A program made the translations under genes and the position numbers. Below, piece after piece: positions 1 through 12,290 of a stretch of 32,145 nucleotides of DNA (position 1 is the first letter of the stretch; the number at the start of each line of letters is the position of its first letter). This DNA comes from Chiloscyllium plagiosum (lineage: Eukaryota): contig NC_057760.1 of NCBI RefSeq assembly GCF_004010195.1, forward strand, positions 1,320,359 through 1,352,503, given 5' to 3'. Below the pieces are notes generated by a model. That model was not told the DNA's origin, made no database searches, and worked only from the letters and a program-made list of their open reading frames with translations.

Positions 1-679
1 GGAGGGAGAGCGAGGGGGGTGTGGGGGAAGGAGGAAGAAGGGAGAGCGAGGGGGGTGTGGGGGAAGGAGGGAGAGCGAGTTGGGAGGGAGGTAAAGCAGG
101 GGGGGGGCGAGAGACGTGGATTAATCCAGACTTCAATCACAACCTTGTGTGTACGCTCTGAACTAAAAGACACAAACCGCAAACTGAACGGATCGGACCA
201 GCTCATGATCAGCTGTTGTTGAAACAACGGGAAGGACAGGCAGACCAGAGTCTGCTCACCTCGCGCCTCTCAGCAGCGATCAAGTCAGACCCTCGCGGAG
301 ACTCACTCGTTTCCAGGGGATCTCCTCTCCGCCGCGCTCTCAGGGAGCGGGGGAAACAGGACGCCAGCGAACTGCCTCACAAGTCCGTCAGCGCCCCGTA
401 CGGACCTTTCACTCTTGCGTCCGAACACGACAAACGGAAGGCCACTGAACTCCATTGGGAGGTGCGGCCCCCACAGTCTGGGGCCCTCCCTCACTCCCAG
501 AGGGGAGCGAGGGGTCAAACCCCTGCTGTTGTGGGTCCTGCAGATAGGTCAGCCCACATCGGGTAAAGGCAGCAGATTCCCTGCCCTTGTTAGTTAGTGA
601 CACCCCCCCCCACCCCTTGAACTACAATTCTGCCACTCGGTTTTTTTTTTTGGCGTGAGCAACGCAGTGGGAGAGTCCG

Positions 680-945
680 TAAACCAGCAGCCCAGAACCC
701 AGGCAAATACCATGGAGTTGAAATCCCACCGGGCAGAGGGGGAAACTCCAGCTCAGAACAAAAGTGGACTGAGAAGCCAGCCCGGCGGGGACCGGTAACC
801 CTCTGTTGATTGTCGTAGAATTCCTGCTGGTTCACTCATGTCCCTGTACGGATGGAAATCTCCCATCCTTACCCGACCCCAGCCTGCACGCCACTCCAGG
901 CCTCACCACAAAATGGCCAACTCTTCGCTGTCCCCGGGCCAACTG
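680..945 (+). mobile_element. Degenerate tRNA-derived SINE (second shark SINE family)
   Basis: Shares motifs (aatcccac, ctggttcact, actccag) with the copies at about 19065-19300 and 27930-28190. Confidence 0.5.
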
Positions 946-954
946 GAGTCTGAA

Positions 955-1320
955 AAGAGACGCACAGCACAGAAACAGACCTTTCGGCCCAACTCGTCCG
1001 TGCCGACCCAGATATCCGAACCCAATCCGGTCCCATTTGCCAGCACTTGGCCCATATCCCTCGAAACCCTTTCTATTTGTGTCCTCACCCACCATTTAAA
1101 TGTGGTCATTGTACCAGCCTCCACCACTTCCTCTGGCAGCTCATTCCATACACGCACCACCCTCTGCGTGAAAAAGTTGCCCCTCAGAACCCTCTTCATC
1201 TCTGCCCTCTCACCTTAAACCGTTGACCTGGAGTTTTGGACTCCCCTACCCTGGGAGAAAAAAAAAGGCCCTTCAGCACACAAATGTTCCAGGGAAAATA
1301 GCCCCATAGCCCGTCCAGAC
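955..1320 (-). mobile_element. CR1/HER1-like LINE 3' fragment
   Basis: Encodes the CR1 ORF2 C-terminus LRGNFFTQRVVRVWNELPEEVVEAG and carries the tail ttgggccgaaaggtctgtttc. Confidence 0.88.
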
Positions 1321-1409
1321 GCGCTGAGGCGCGCCAACAATTCTGGTTTTAATTTCCAATTTCCAGCAGCGGCAATTCTTTCGTAGGTTTCTTTCTGTTC
1401 AGAGCACAG

Positions 1410-1755
1410 CGGGAGGCTGAATAGGCTGGGGGCTGGAGAGTCGGAGGCTGAGGGGGTAACCTTAGAGATTTATAAAACCATGGGGGGGGAATTTGCCCCC
1501 AAGGTAGGGGAGTCCAAAGCTAGAAAGGTATATGTTTAAAGCTGGGGGGGGGGGGGGGGGAACAGACTGAGAAGGACCCGAAGGGTGACTTTTTCATGCC
1601 AGATGGAGGTTGGTAAAATTACAAAACATTTAAAAGGGCATCTGGATGGGTACATGAATGGGAAGGGTTTGTGGTAAATGCGGACAAATGGGACGAGATT
1701 AATTGAGGATACCTGGTGGACACGGGCAACAGGGGTCTGTTTCCATGCTTCACGA
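1410..1755 (+). mobile_element. Degenerate CR1-like LINE 3' fragment, inverted relative to 955-1320
   Basis: aggctgaataggctggg...gtcggaggctgagggg...ggtctgtttccatgct. Confidence 0.75.
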
Positions 1756-1761
1756 CTGATA

Positions 1762-2181
1762 CAGTCAGTTCTGATACAGGTTTCCCCCGCTATCTGAAAG
1801 TGCAGTGTTCCGGTGAAACCTTTCGTAGGCGGAAACGGCGTAAAGCAAAGATGCGTTAATTTATAACGGGAAACATTTCACCTTTTCTTGTCGAAGCGAA
1901 AATCCTCTTCCAAATTTTACCAAAAACAGGCACTAACGCCGATCTTTCACAAAAGCGAACTTTCAGGCAAGTGGGGGATACCTGTATAACGCGATCATTC
2001 CGGAGAACATTATAACAACATCGCGCAATTGCCCGCGCCGTTTAAACTAATGGAGCCAGAATTGTGCTCTGGCCAATACAGGGAAGGAAAGTTGGCGTTT
2101 GACAGACAGCGGCCTGAATTCTTCAATCAGGTTAAAGCCAATTCACCTCGAGGGAACCGCACGTTAGGGCAGAATGGACTG
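1762..2181. mobile_element. Older Tigger-like MITE interrupted by the 1777-1984 MITE
   Basis: Removing the inner element restores TA-CAGTCAGTTCTGATATAACGCG. A degenerate inverted partner cacgttagggcagaatggactg lies at 2160-2181. Confidence 0.5.
1777..1984. mobile_element. Tc1/mariner (Tigger/pogo-like) MITE
   Basis: About 25-bp imperfect TIRs (CAGGTTTCCCCCGCTATCTGAAAGT versus reverse-complemented CAGGTATCCCCCACTTGCCTGAAAGT), flanked by TA at 1775-1776 and 1985-1986. Confidence 0.8.
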
Positions 2182-2361
2182 CGCACGAATCCATAGGCAC
2201 TGACAGAGACTGCCTGCCGATCCGTCTCGCGCGGCTCCAAGCACCGACGCCATCTCAATCTCCCGGCCGGCAACGCCTGGTGCTTTTCTGGGCGAGGTGA
2301 CGTCTCGCTCTCCCCTCGCGATAGACCGGGAGGAGGTGCCCGCCCCCCCCCCACCACTTAC

Positions 2362-2478
2362 CCCGTGGGCAGACACTCGTCCAGTCGCTTGCTCTGATAG
2401 CCTGCGTTGTGGTTGATCTGACCGCCTGGGTTACAGGCCGTTGCTTGGGTGGTCAGCTGCAGACAAGCGCACTTGGAC
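2362..2478 (-). CDS. SETDB1: SETDB1 pre-SET exon (SKCACLQLTTQATACNPGGQINHNAGYQSKRLDECLPT-G)
   Basis: Acceptor cctttgcag, donor GG|gtaagt; 117 nt, phase 2 to 2. Matches SKCACHQLTIQATACTPGGQINPNSGYQYKRLEECLPTG. Confidence 0.95.
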
Positions 2479-2809
2479 CTGCAAAGGACACCCAAGCGTT
2501 AGGGCGTAGGAAGCGCACAGAATGTGAACCAGTTTGCCAAACGGAGCAGCGGGTGTGGAGAAACAAAGCAGAGCAAGACAGACGTTTCACGTTTGGCCAA
2601 ATGTTGAGTGGTTTATACGGGGGGGGGGAAGGAAAACATGCTGGAGGTTTGTTGAATTAAATCAAATGGAGTGCTTGCAGACCGGCTGGGGCTGTTGCGA
2701 ACAGCGACTGGGGTTCAGGGAGGTGTCCAGACAGAGGAAAGCCTCCCAGGAACAAGCTGCCCAGCTGATCGCTCCAGTGCCTGACGTCGGAAACCCTCGG
2801 GCAGGGGGT

Positions 2810-2840
<31 letters not shown>

Positions 2841-3299
2841 GAAACCCACCTGGTGCTTTCAGGGAAAAAAAACTCAAGAAATACCTCGAGGTGGTTTGCC
2901 CTGAGCAAGCGGTACGCCCGCAAGATTTCAGACACGGTGGCCCGTGATTAGTGGCTGTTCTGCCCCAGAAACTGAAGCCATCGAGGCCAGTTACCAGGTG
3001 ACTTTGGACGCTCAGCTCTCTCTCTGCTGTCAATCACAGCAAGGATGAGCGGCCATCTTGGTGGCCACGACAGTAATGCTCCCCCTCACACAAGAACCCT
3101 TCACACAGTGTTACGCGCCCGCGCACACAAACAGGAGCATACTGCGCAGAGGGGTTGAACAAGGTGAGAGGAGGCAGCAGTATGATTTACCACCACACGA
3201 GATATGCAGCATTAAAGCAGGCCATTCAGTCCAACAAGTCTGTGACGGGGTTTATGCTCCAATCGCCCGTTCATTCCGCTCCCCACCCCATACCATCCT

Positions 3300-3652
3300 G
3301 CTGAAATGGTTGCCTAAGTTCACCCCACAATGCACTGCTGCTAATCAGCTCCCTCCAACTCTTCCCCCGGGAGCGAGTTGCTTCCCCCAGTCCCTCCGAT
3401 CAGCCCTCTCTTTGTCCCCAGCTCACTATTACCCACCCCTTTGTCTCTCTCCCTCGGCATAATGTCGCGTACTTCCTCCACCATCCCCCTTGTGTCTCCA
3501 GCTTACGTACCACCTTTCCCTCACGAGCATCCGTTCTGAAGGGGGACAGGACCCACAGACAGAAATGGCCAGAAAAGCTCAGCAGGACTGGCAGCATACG
3601 TGGAGAGAAACCAGAGTTCATGCTTCAGGTCGAGTGACCCTTCCTCAGAACG
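3300..3652. mobile_element. Penelope-like element terminal remnant with decayed hammerhead motif
   Basis: Pyrimidine-rich stretch, then ...cagcaggactggcagcat...; the minus strand at 3614-3651 reads gttCTGAGGAagggtc-actc-gacctGAAGCATGaac. Confidence 0.5.
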
Positions 3653-3689
3653 GAAGCGTTGAATCCATTGAATCCCACATCAGTGCGAA

Positions 3690-4160
3690 AACAGGCCATT
3701 CGAACTACAATGACCCGCCCGACCCACGCCAACTTATCTCAATAACCCCACATCTTTCCAGGCCAGCCCATCCTAACCTGCAACAGCAGGGGTTTGACCC
3801 CTAACTCCCCTCTGGGAATGAGGGAGGGCCCCAGACTGTGCAGGCCGCAGACCCCTGGGCACTACGGGACAATTTAGCATGGTCAATCCACCCTAACCTG
3901 CACATCCCTGGGCACTATGGGACAATTTAGCATGGCCAATCCACCCTAACCTGCACATCCCTGTGCACTATGGGACAATTTAGCACTCGACATCCACCCT
4001 AACCTGCACATCCCTGGGCACTATGGGACAATTTAGCATGGCCAATCCACCCTAACCTGCACATCCCTGTGCACTATGGGACAATTTAGCACTCGACACG
4101 GACAGTCGGCCCGAGGTGGGGGAATTGAACCCGGCTTCCTTGGTGCCCGATGTTCCCCCT
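3690..4160 (-). mobile_element. HE1/V-SINE-like copy containing about 4-5 units of the 53-bp repeat
   Basis: Reverse B-box (ggaattgaaccc, about 4121-4132) and tandem ccctaacctgcacatccctgggcactatgggacaatttagcatggccaatcca units at 3850-4092. Confidence 0.75.
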
Positions 4161-4223
4161 CGGCGTCAGCGTGGGGGACCCTTCGGCAGGTACCGCGGGG
4201 AAGCGAGAGGGACTCCCGGTTAC

Positions 4224-4850
4224 CTGTCCTTGCAGCCGTCGGTGCAGACGCAGCCCACCAGGAAGTCGGCGTGGGTGTTGATGAAGACCCCCTCGCCGGG
4301 GATGCGCTCCTTGCTGTAGGCCACCTGGGGCGGGGGCGTGGTGTCGATCTCGTTGACGCAGGAGAGGGGCACGTCCTCCGCGCCGCGGGTGATGTCCCGG
4401 ATGTAGTAGAAGGGCTTCTGGGGCTGGAACTTGCGGTCCACCAGCACGTAGGGGTCGAAGCAGAACATCTCCAGGTAGAGGAAGTCAGCACGGGTGGCAG
4501 ACAGGTACTGCTCCACCTCCTCCATGTTGCGCAGCGAGAGCCCGCACGGCCCCTTGTACACCACGTGGAAGGACATCTTGCGGTTGATCTTGCGGCGCGC
4601 CGTCATCCGCCGGAAGTCGTACAGCAGGGGCACCAGCATGGGGTTGCGGCCCCGGTACTGCCCGCGGCTCACGGGCAGGGGGCGCGCCAGGCAGGCGGGC
4701 TGGCAGACGTGCGCCACGTAGAAGAGCTTCTCGGTGGGCGCCTTGTACGGCACCTCCACTGGCATCGGCTCGTCCAAGAGCTCGTAAGGCAGCGATGCAG
4801 GGGGCGCCCCGGCGACGGGCTCCGGGGCACCGCCGGGCAGTGCCCCAACT
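4224..4850 (-). CDS. SETDB1: SETDB1 large exon: MBD domain and start of pre-SET (...EKLFYVAHVC...YDFRRMTARRKINRK...GCVCTDGCKD-R)
   Basis: Acceptor ccccgttccag, donor AG|gtaacc; 627 nt, phase 2 to 2. Lies within ORF 4220..5020. Confidence 0.96.
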
Positions 4851-5224
4851 CTGGAACGGGGCAGGGGGGGGAGATAAAGCACAGGGTGAGGGCGGAGTTC
4901 ACGGCTGGCAGAGCGCCCCGCTCGTGGCAGCCCAGGTATGGGGCAATGACAGCGGAGTAACAGGTAACGGCGGAACCGTAACCAAAATACAGAGAGAGAG
5001 AGAGAGGGGGCGCGTCTCACCGGCCCCTACAGGAGGGAGAGTTAGGGAGGTGGGAACGACGGCCGGGCCACAACCGTTAGCTCTCCGGGATGCTGAAGGC
5101 ACGGCAGTGGCAATCAGGGCAAACCCAACAGGGCTACTTATTGAGGGGTGCAGTGCTAGGGAGGGGGCGCTGGGGGCCAGAGGAGGTGACACAGAGATAC
5201 GGAGGGGGCGTAGGGGGTGATCCA

Positions 5225-6526
5225 CAGACAGACGGAGGGGAGGGAGGGAGGGACAGACAGACGGAGGGGAGGGAGGGAGGGACAGACAGACGGAGGGGAG
5301 GGAGGGAGGGACAGACAGACGGAGGGGAGGGAGGGAGGGACAGACAGACGGAGGGGAGGGAGGGAGGGACAGACAGACGGAGGGGAGGGAGGGAGGGACA
5401 GACAGACGGAGGGGAGGGAGGGAGGGACAGACAGACGGAGGGGAGGGAGGGAGGGACAGACAGACGGAGGGGAGGGAGGGAGGGACAGACAGACGGAGGG
5501 GAGGGAGGGAGGGACAGACAGACGGAGGGGAGGGAGGGAGGGACAGACAGACGGAGGGGAGGGAGGGAGGGACAGACAGACGGAGGGGAGGGAGGGAGGG
5601 ACAGACAGACGGAGGGGAGGGAGGGAGGGACAGACAGACGGAGGGGAGGGAGGGAGGGACAGACAGACGGAGGGGAGGGAGGGAGGGACAGACAGACGGA
5701 GGGGAGGGAGGGAGGGACAGACAGACGGAGGGGAGGGAGGGAGGGACAGACAGACGGAGGGGAGGGAGGGAGGGACAGACAGACGGAGGGGAGGGAGGGA
5801 GGGACAGACAGACGGAGGGGAGGGAGGGAGGGACAGACAGACGGAGGGGAGGGAGGGAGGGACAGACAGACGGAGGGGAGGGAGGGAGGGACAGACAGAC
5901 GGAGGGGAGGGAGGGAGGGACAGACAGACGGAGGGGAGGGAGGGAGGGACAGACAGACGGAGGGGAGGGAGGGAGGGACAGACAGACGGAGGGGAGGGAG
6001 GGAGGGACAGACAGACGGAGGGGAGGGAGGGAGGGACAGACAGACGGAGGGGAGGGAGGGAGGGACAGACAGACGGAGGGGAGGGAGGGAGGGACAGACA
6101 GACGGAGGGGAGGGAGGGAGGGACAGACAGACGGAGGGGAGGGAGGGAGGGACAGACAGACGGAGGGGAGGGAGGGAGGGACAGACAGACGGAGGGGAGG
6201 GAGGGAGGGACAGACAGACGGAGGGGAGGGAGGGAGGGACAGACAGACGGAGGGGAGGGAGGGAGGGACAGACAGACGGAGGGGAGGGAGGGAGGGACAG
6301 ACAGACGGAGGGGAGGGAGGGAGGGACAGACAGACGGAGGGGAGGGAGGGAGGGACAGACAGACGGAGGGGAGGGAGGGAGGGACAGACAGACGGAGGGG
6401 AGGGAGGGAGGGACAGACAGACGGAGGGGAGGGAGGGAGGGACAGACAGACGGAGGGGAGGGAGGGAGGGACAGACAGACGGAGGGGAGGGAGGGAGGGA
6501 CAGACAGACGGAGGGGAGGGAGGGAG
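5225..6526. repeat. Near-perfect 29-bp purine-rich minisatellite, about 45 copies (GGACAGACAGACGGAGGGGAGGGAGGGAG)
   Basis: Directly visible periodicity; it generates five long spurious ORFs in the track. Confidence 0.97.
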
Positions 6527-6838
6527 AAAAACAAGTGAGTGCTGCAAGGCTAGATGACTCCATCGCTCCCTGTGATCATGTTTGGCCATAGATTACACTC
6601 ACTGAAGCTGTGAAGAATGTAGTAAAATGGCAGACAACTCTGCAGCAGCCTATTGGTGGGTAGCTTGCTGAGCTGTCTATCTGAACGGTTCCTGTCCCCC
6701 CCCAGCCCAGATCGGAGTCCATACTGCAGCTGAGTCAACTGGTGAAATTCAAACCATGGCAAGGCTCTGACATCTCGCCCATGGTAGTGCGCAGTCCTTG
6801 TGGGGAGGAGCTCAGTGTGTGAGTGGACATTCTGTGTG

Positions 6839-6840
<2 letters not shown>

Positions 6841-6874
<34 letters not shown>
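6841..6874. repeat. (AC)n microsatellite
   Basis: About 17 AC units. Confidence 0.95.
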
Positions 6875-6878
<4 letters not shown>

Positions 6879-7167
6879 AAACAACGTGTGAATGAGCCAA
6901 ACTGTCACCCCAACTGATGTACAGCCTGTGTCTCAGCGCAGTCAGGACGGTTTAACAAATGGTGTGTGGTCGGAACGTATTCAGGAGATGGAGCTTGACA
7001 GTGAACTACTGCCCCTGCACCACCCTGCACCTAACTATCAGCCCTCTCCTCTCAAAGCTGCATCATTCCCGTTCCAAAGCCCATTTCCCAATGCTTCAAT
7101 CTGGGGAGCCACTGGATGAAAACCACAGCAAGGTTGTCGGCTGTTGTCACCCCTGTCTGGAACTTAC

Positions 7168-7315
7168 TCAGTTTTGTCGATGGGAGACTGGGGCTGCTGA
7201 GGCAGAGGGAGAGACGGCTGTTGATTGGAGGGACGCGAGAGCTGAGGGCTCTGGGTGGTGTTCACAGTCAGATCCTGTGTGTACTGCACCACAGGCCCCT
7301 TGGTCCGAACCGCAC
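7168..7315 (-). CDS. SETDB1: SETDB1 exon (GAVRTKGPVVQYTQDLTVNTTQSPQ...QSPIDKT)
   Basis: Acceptor ttgttggccag, donor GA|gtaagt; 148 nt, phase 1 to 2. Matches GAVRSKGPVVQYTQDL. This frame is not shown in the ORF track. Confidence 0.92.
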
Positions 7316-7454
7316 CTGGCCAACAGACAAGAGACACACAGACACAGAGTGAGAATCAACACCGACGCCAACTCAACAACGTTAACCTGTTCATGCCCCC
7401 AGCTCCTCACATCGCTGACCCCTCACCCAGTATCGGGAGCCAACTGCTGCAACG

Positions 7455-7960
7455 TGGGGCAGCACTTGGCACACACAAACCAAAAGGACACAGGTTCAAA
7501 TCCCACACACGGGGTACAGGCACCGACTCCCCCCGTGAGGGGGTGCTGTGCTGTCGCAGGGTCAGCGCTGAGGGAATGCTGCATTATTAGAGGGTCGGTG
7601 CGGAGAGCACACCATGCCAAGGGGACCTACCACACTAGACAGCATGCCCACTACCCAGACAGCGCCCGCTCCCTCAGCGCTGACCCTCCGACAGCGCCCG
7701 CTCCCTCAAGTAGGGTGGACGTAAAAGCAGGGCAGGGAGGGGTAGCTCCCGGTGATGGCCTGGGGCTAATATTTATCCGCATCGATATCGACTTACGCAA
7801 AAATAGGGAAAGAGAAAACCAAACTGGCTCATTACCTTGGTGAGGCCTGTGGCTCTCTTGCTGTGCACAAAATGACTATCACAGCTCCCATGTTATGAGT
7901 GCAAACGCATTCCCGAAGGTAGAAAGCACACCGGTGGCCGTGAAGCAACCGGGGACATTC
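7455..7960 (+). mobile_element. Degenerate Deu-domain SINE (SacSINE1/AmnSINE1-like)
   Basis: B-box ggttcaaatccc, ctgagggaatgctgc, gtggacgtaaaag, aatatttatcc and cttgctgtgcacaaaatg occur in the order I recall for the SacSINE1 consensus. Confidence 0.65.
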
Positions 7961-8038
7961 TGGAGTGGGCGCAGTGCTGGAGTAATGGCAGATACCACCC
8001 AGTGATGGTCAGCAACGGGGAGAGCTGCCCACACTCAC

Positions 8039-8165
8039 CGACGTTCGGCCGGGTCCTCTGTTGCCCACTCTGACCACCCTGGCGGAAGGCGGTGGTCATC
8101 TTCAGGTTGAACATGGGCTCCAGGCGGGTGGACCCACGGTAAATCCACTCGCAGCGTTTATCGTC
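8039..8165 (-). CDS. SETDB1: SETDB1 exon ([22 protein letters not shown]...RTRPNV-G)
   Basis: Acceptor ttcactgaag, donor G|gtgagt; 127 nt, phase 0 to 1. Confidence 0.96.
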
Positions 8166-8299
8166 CTTCAGTGAAAGGGAGAGAAGAAAAAGAACAAAAA
8201 AAAACACACATACTCATCCCACAGACAACTGCTCCCAGGGATTGGCGGGACTGCAGCGAGGGAGGCTAAGGGAGCAGAGGGCCACTCCACACCGGGCAC

Positions 8300-8670
8300 T
8301 ACGGGGCTGAACGCCACAGAATCCCTCCATCACACCGGCATGCAGTAGCACCAGTGTGTCCCAAGATGCACCGCAGAGAGTCACCCAACATCCTCATGCC
8401 AGTTACTGCCACTTCCACCAAGAAGGGCATGGGCAGCAGGTACTTGGGAACACCACCAGCTGCCAACTCCCCTCCGAGCCACTCACCACCCTGACTTGGA
8501 GACGTACAGACGCTCGTTCACAGCCCCTCCCCACCGGCATTAGGGTCAACCCACAGCGAGTGGACTGCAGTGGCTCAAGATGGCAGCTCAGCACCACCTT
8601 CTCAAGGGGCAACCGGGGATGGGGCTATGAATGCAGCGACACCAAGTCCCACAATAAATTAATAAAATAA
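8300..8670 (+). mobile_element. LINE 3' end (second CR1/L2-type family) with A-rich tail
   Basis: gggaacaccaccagctgccaactcccctcc...accaccttctcaagggg...aataaattaataaaataa. A related inverted piece lies at about 14060-14230. Confidence 0.6.
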
Positions 8671-8685
8671 CAGCCTCAAACAAGG

Positions 8686-8940
8686 GCCCTCCCTCAGCAC
8701 TGACCCTCCGACCCCGCCCGCTCCCTCAGCACCAGACCCTCCGACCGCACCCGCTCCCTCAGCACTGACCCTCCGACCGGGCCCGCTCCCTCAGCACCGA
8801 CCCTCCGACCCCGCCCGCTCCCTCAGCACCAGACCCTCCGACCGCGCCTGCTCCCTCAGCACTGACCCTCCGACCGGGCCCGCTCCCTCAGCACCGACCC
8901 TCCGACCGCGCCCGCTCCCTCAGCACCGACCCTCCCACAC
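8686..8940. repeat. 32-33-bp minisatellite, about 8 copies (CTCCCTCAGCACTGACCCTCCGACCGCGCCCG)
   Basis: Visible tandem units; the same unit recurs at about 7655-7708. Confidence 0.9.
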
Positions 8941-9093
8941 AGTGCAGTGCTTCCTTGTCTTAAACAACAAAAAAAGGGAAGACATGGGAATTTTAATACA
9001 AAAAAATTGAATATTCTTTCCCAGGACGTGAGCATTGGAGACTGTGTCAGAATTTGTCTAAGGTGGGCTCTGGACTATTGGCGACTTCATACT

Positions 9094-9352
9094 GCACGGT
9101 GGCTCAGTAGTTAGCATTGCTGCCTCACAGTGACAGGAACCTGGGTTCAATTCCAGCCTCGGGCGACTGTCTGTATGGAGTTGGCACATTCTCCCCCCCA
9201 GGTCTGCGTGGGTTTCCTCCCACAATCCAAACGATGTGGGGGTCAGGTGAATTGGCCATGCTAAATTGCCCAGAGTGTTAAACGCATTAGTCAGGTGTAA
9301 ATATAACATAGGGGAATGGGCCTGTTTCCATACTGTAAGGAATCTAATCCAA
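9094..9352 (+). mobile_element. HE1/V-SINE-like tRNA-derived SINE
   Basis: A-box tggctcagtag, B-box ggttcaattcc, V-domain, tail cctgtttccatactgtaaggaatctaatc. Confidence 0.85.
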
Positions 9353-10149
9353 ATCTGTTTTACTGTTCCCGGTCCTGTAGAGAGAACGCGAGTGCGTGCA
9401 GGGAAGACCAGTTTTTCTGGGAAGTAGGCACAGTCTTGAAACCGAAGGGCCCGGATTTCGAGGAGTGAAAATGTCCCCTCACACAAAGCTTGGAGAGGGG
9501 TGGGGGGGGGGGAGCAGACGTTCGGAACGCTCATCGGCGGTCAAACGGCAAGTTTAAGGTCCGAAAGGGTTGCCACGTGGGAGCCGGATCACAGATCACC
9601 CACGTTCTGGCGGAACAGCAGGGGCGCGGGCCCGAGGGGCTGAAGGGCCTCCTCCCGTCCAAGTCTCAAGGGAGCGCTGTTAGCGTGTCAGTCCGTGCAC
9701 GTGCTCTCCCGGTTGGAGGGGTAGCGTTTCTGATCCTGCAGCCAGACACTGCTTGGTGCGTGACGCACGAGTTAAAATCACGGACGCTCCTTAAAATCGC
9801 AACGGCCAATCGTTGTCACCCAGCTCCTTGCTGACCGGAACCCCCGACATTACAGGAGCGCGTTCAAAAATACCACAGCCCACCCCTGCCCGGGGAAGGT
9901 AAAGCTGCAACCTCTTCCCCCCCCCCCCAAGCCCCTCCACCCCCCCAATCGGCGATTGACAAATCCTTAGCTGTCAGCCAACTCGACCAGGGGAGATGGA
10001 CTGAAGATCGCAGCCCAACCTCTCGCCGCCAAGACCACTGGTGGGGCCGAGCACCCACCCTCAGCGTGTATGGACAGCACTACGGGGCCTTGGTCAGATG
10101 GGTCAAAGGAGTGGCGGGTTTACATAAATGGGAAACCAGGGCGGGACTG

Positions 10150-11473
<1,324 letters not shown>

Positions 11474-11769
11474 TTACCAGGAGTCCGTCAACCCAGCCAG
11501 CCATCAGCGGGAACGCTTTCGCCCTTGTGTGGCCCGCTCACAATTTCAGAAACCTCTCGCGAGTCTCCTCCCAGCTGCCTTTTCTCCAAAGGAGAATGGG
11601 CCCGACTTCTTAAGAGTGTGAAGTCATTCATCTCAGAACAAAAAGCGCAGAGCGTCATTCAAACAGAGAAGAGACGCGACTCAAGGGGGACTGGCGGTGG
11701 GGGCAAGAGATTTCTACATGAAACACAAAGCTGGCACACAGGGGCATGGAATGCCAGCCCTGATTTCAA

Positions 11770-12290
11770 CAGAGCTAAAGTACAAGACTTGGGAAATCTC
11801 TTGTAACTTTACAAGGGGCTGGAGAGACCACATCTGGAGAACCGTGGGGAGTTTTAGTTCCCTTTACTGAAGGAGAGAGAACAGTTCACTGGAGGCAGCT
11901 CGGAGGGGCCCTGGGATGGAGGGATTGTCTGAGGAGCAAAGGTTAAACAGGCTGGGACTCTACTCCCTGGGGTTTACTCCAATGAGAGGGCGATCTCATT
12001 GAGGATTCTTAAGGGTCAGTGCTGAGGGAGTGTTCCCCCTCGTGGGAGAGTCTGACCAGAGGGTACACTCTCAGAATAAAGGGGGGGCCAATTTCAGACT
12101 GAGGGGGAGGGGGAAGTTGTGTCTCTCAGGGGGTTGGGAGTCTCTGCAACTCCTTTTGTGGGGGGCAGAGTCCTCGTGTCTGTGTAAGGCTGAGACTCTC
12201 AATCTGTCGGGGAATCGAGGGGGAGAGGGCGTGAGGGACGGTGGATCAGCTGTGATCTGAATGAACGGCCTCCTCCGCTCAGACTGAAGG
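11770..12290 (+). mobile_element. Older CR1/L2-type LINE 3' fragment
   Basis: Degenerate RT C-terminal sequence (agaccacatctggag...atgagagggcgatctcattga). Confidence 0.65.

Noticed and set aside
250..520. Possible further SETDB1 exon (donor-like gtgagt and gtgagc on the minus strand)
   Set aside because: No frame resembles the expected next exon (VYECNKRC...LQVRLQLFKT), which must lie outside the window.
4076..4960. 294-aa plus-strand ORF
   Set aside because: Antisense shadow of the GC-rich SETDB1 MBD exon.
5021..5169. 149-nt candidate exon (acceptor ggcccccag, donor gtgaga)
   Set aside because: It runs phase 2 to 1, which is incompatible with the phase-2 acceptor at 4850, and shows no SETDB1 homology.
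4899..6589. Five 446-554 aa ORFs
   Set aside because: They are translations of the stop-free 29-bp minisatellite on both strands.
6959..7843. 294-aa plus-strand ORF
   Set aside because: It spans the antisense of an exon and a degenerate SINE, and has no recognisable domain.
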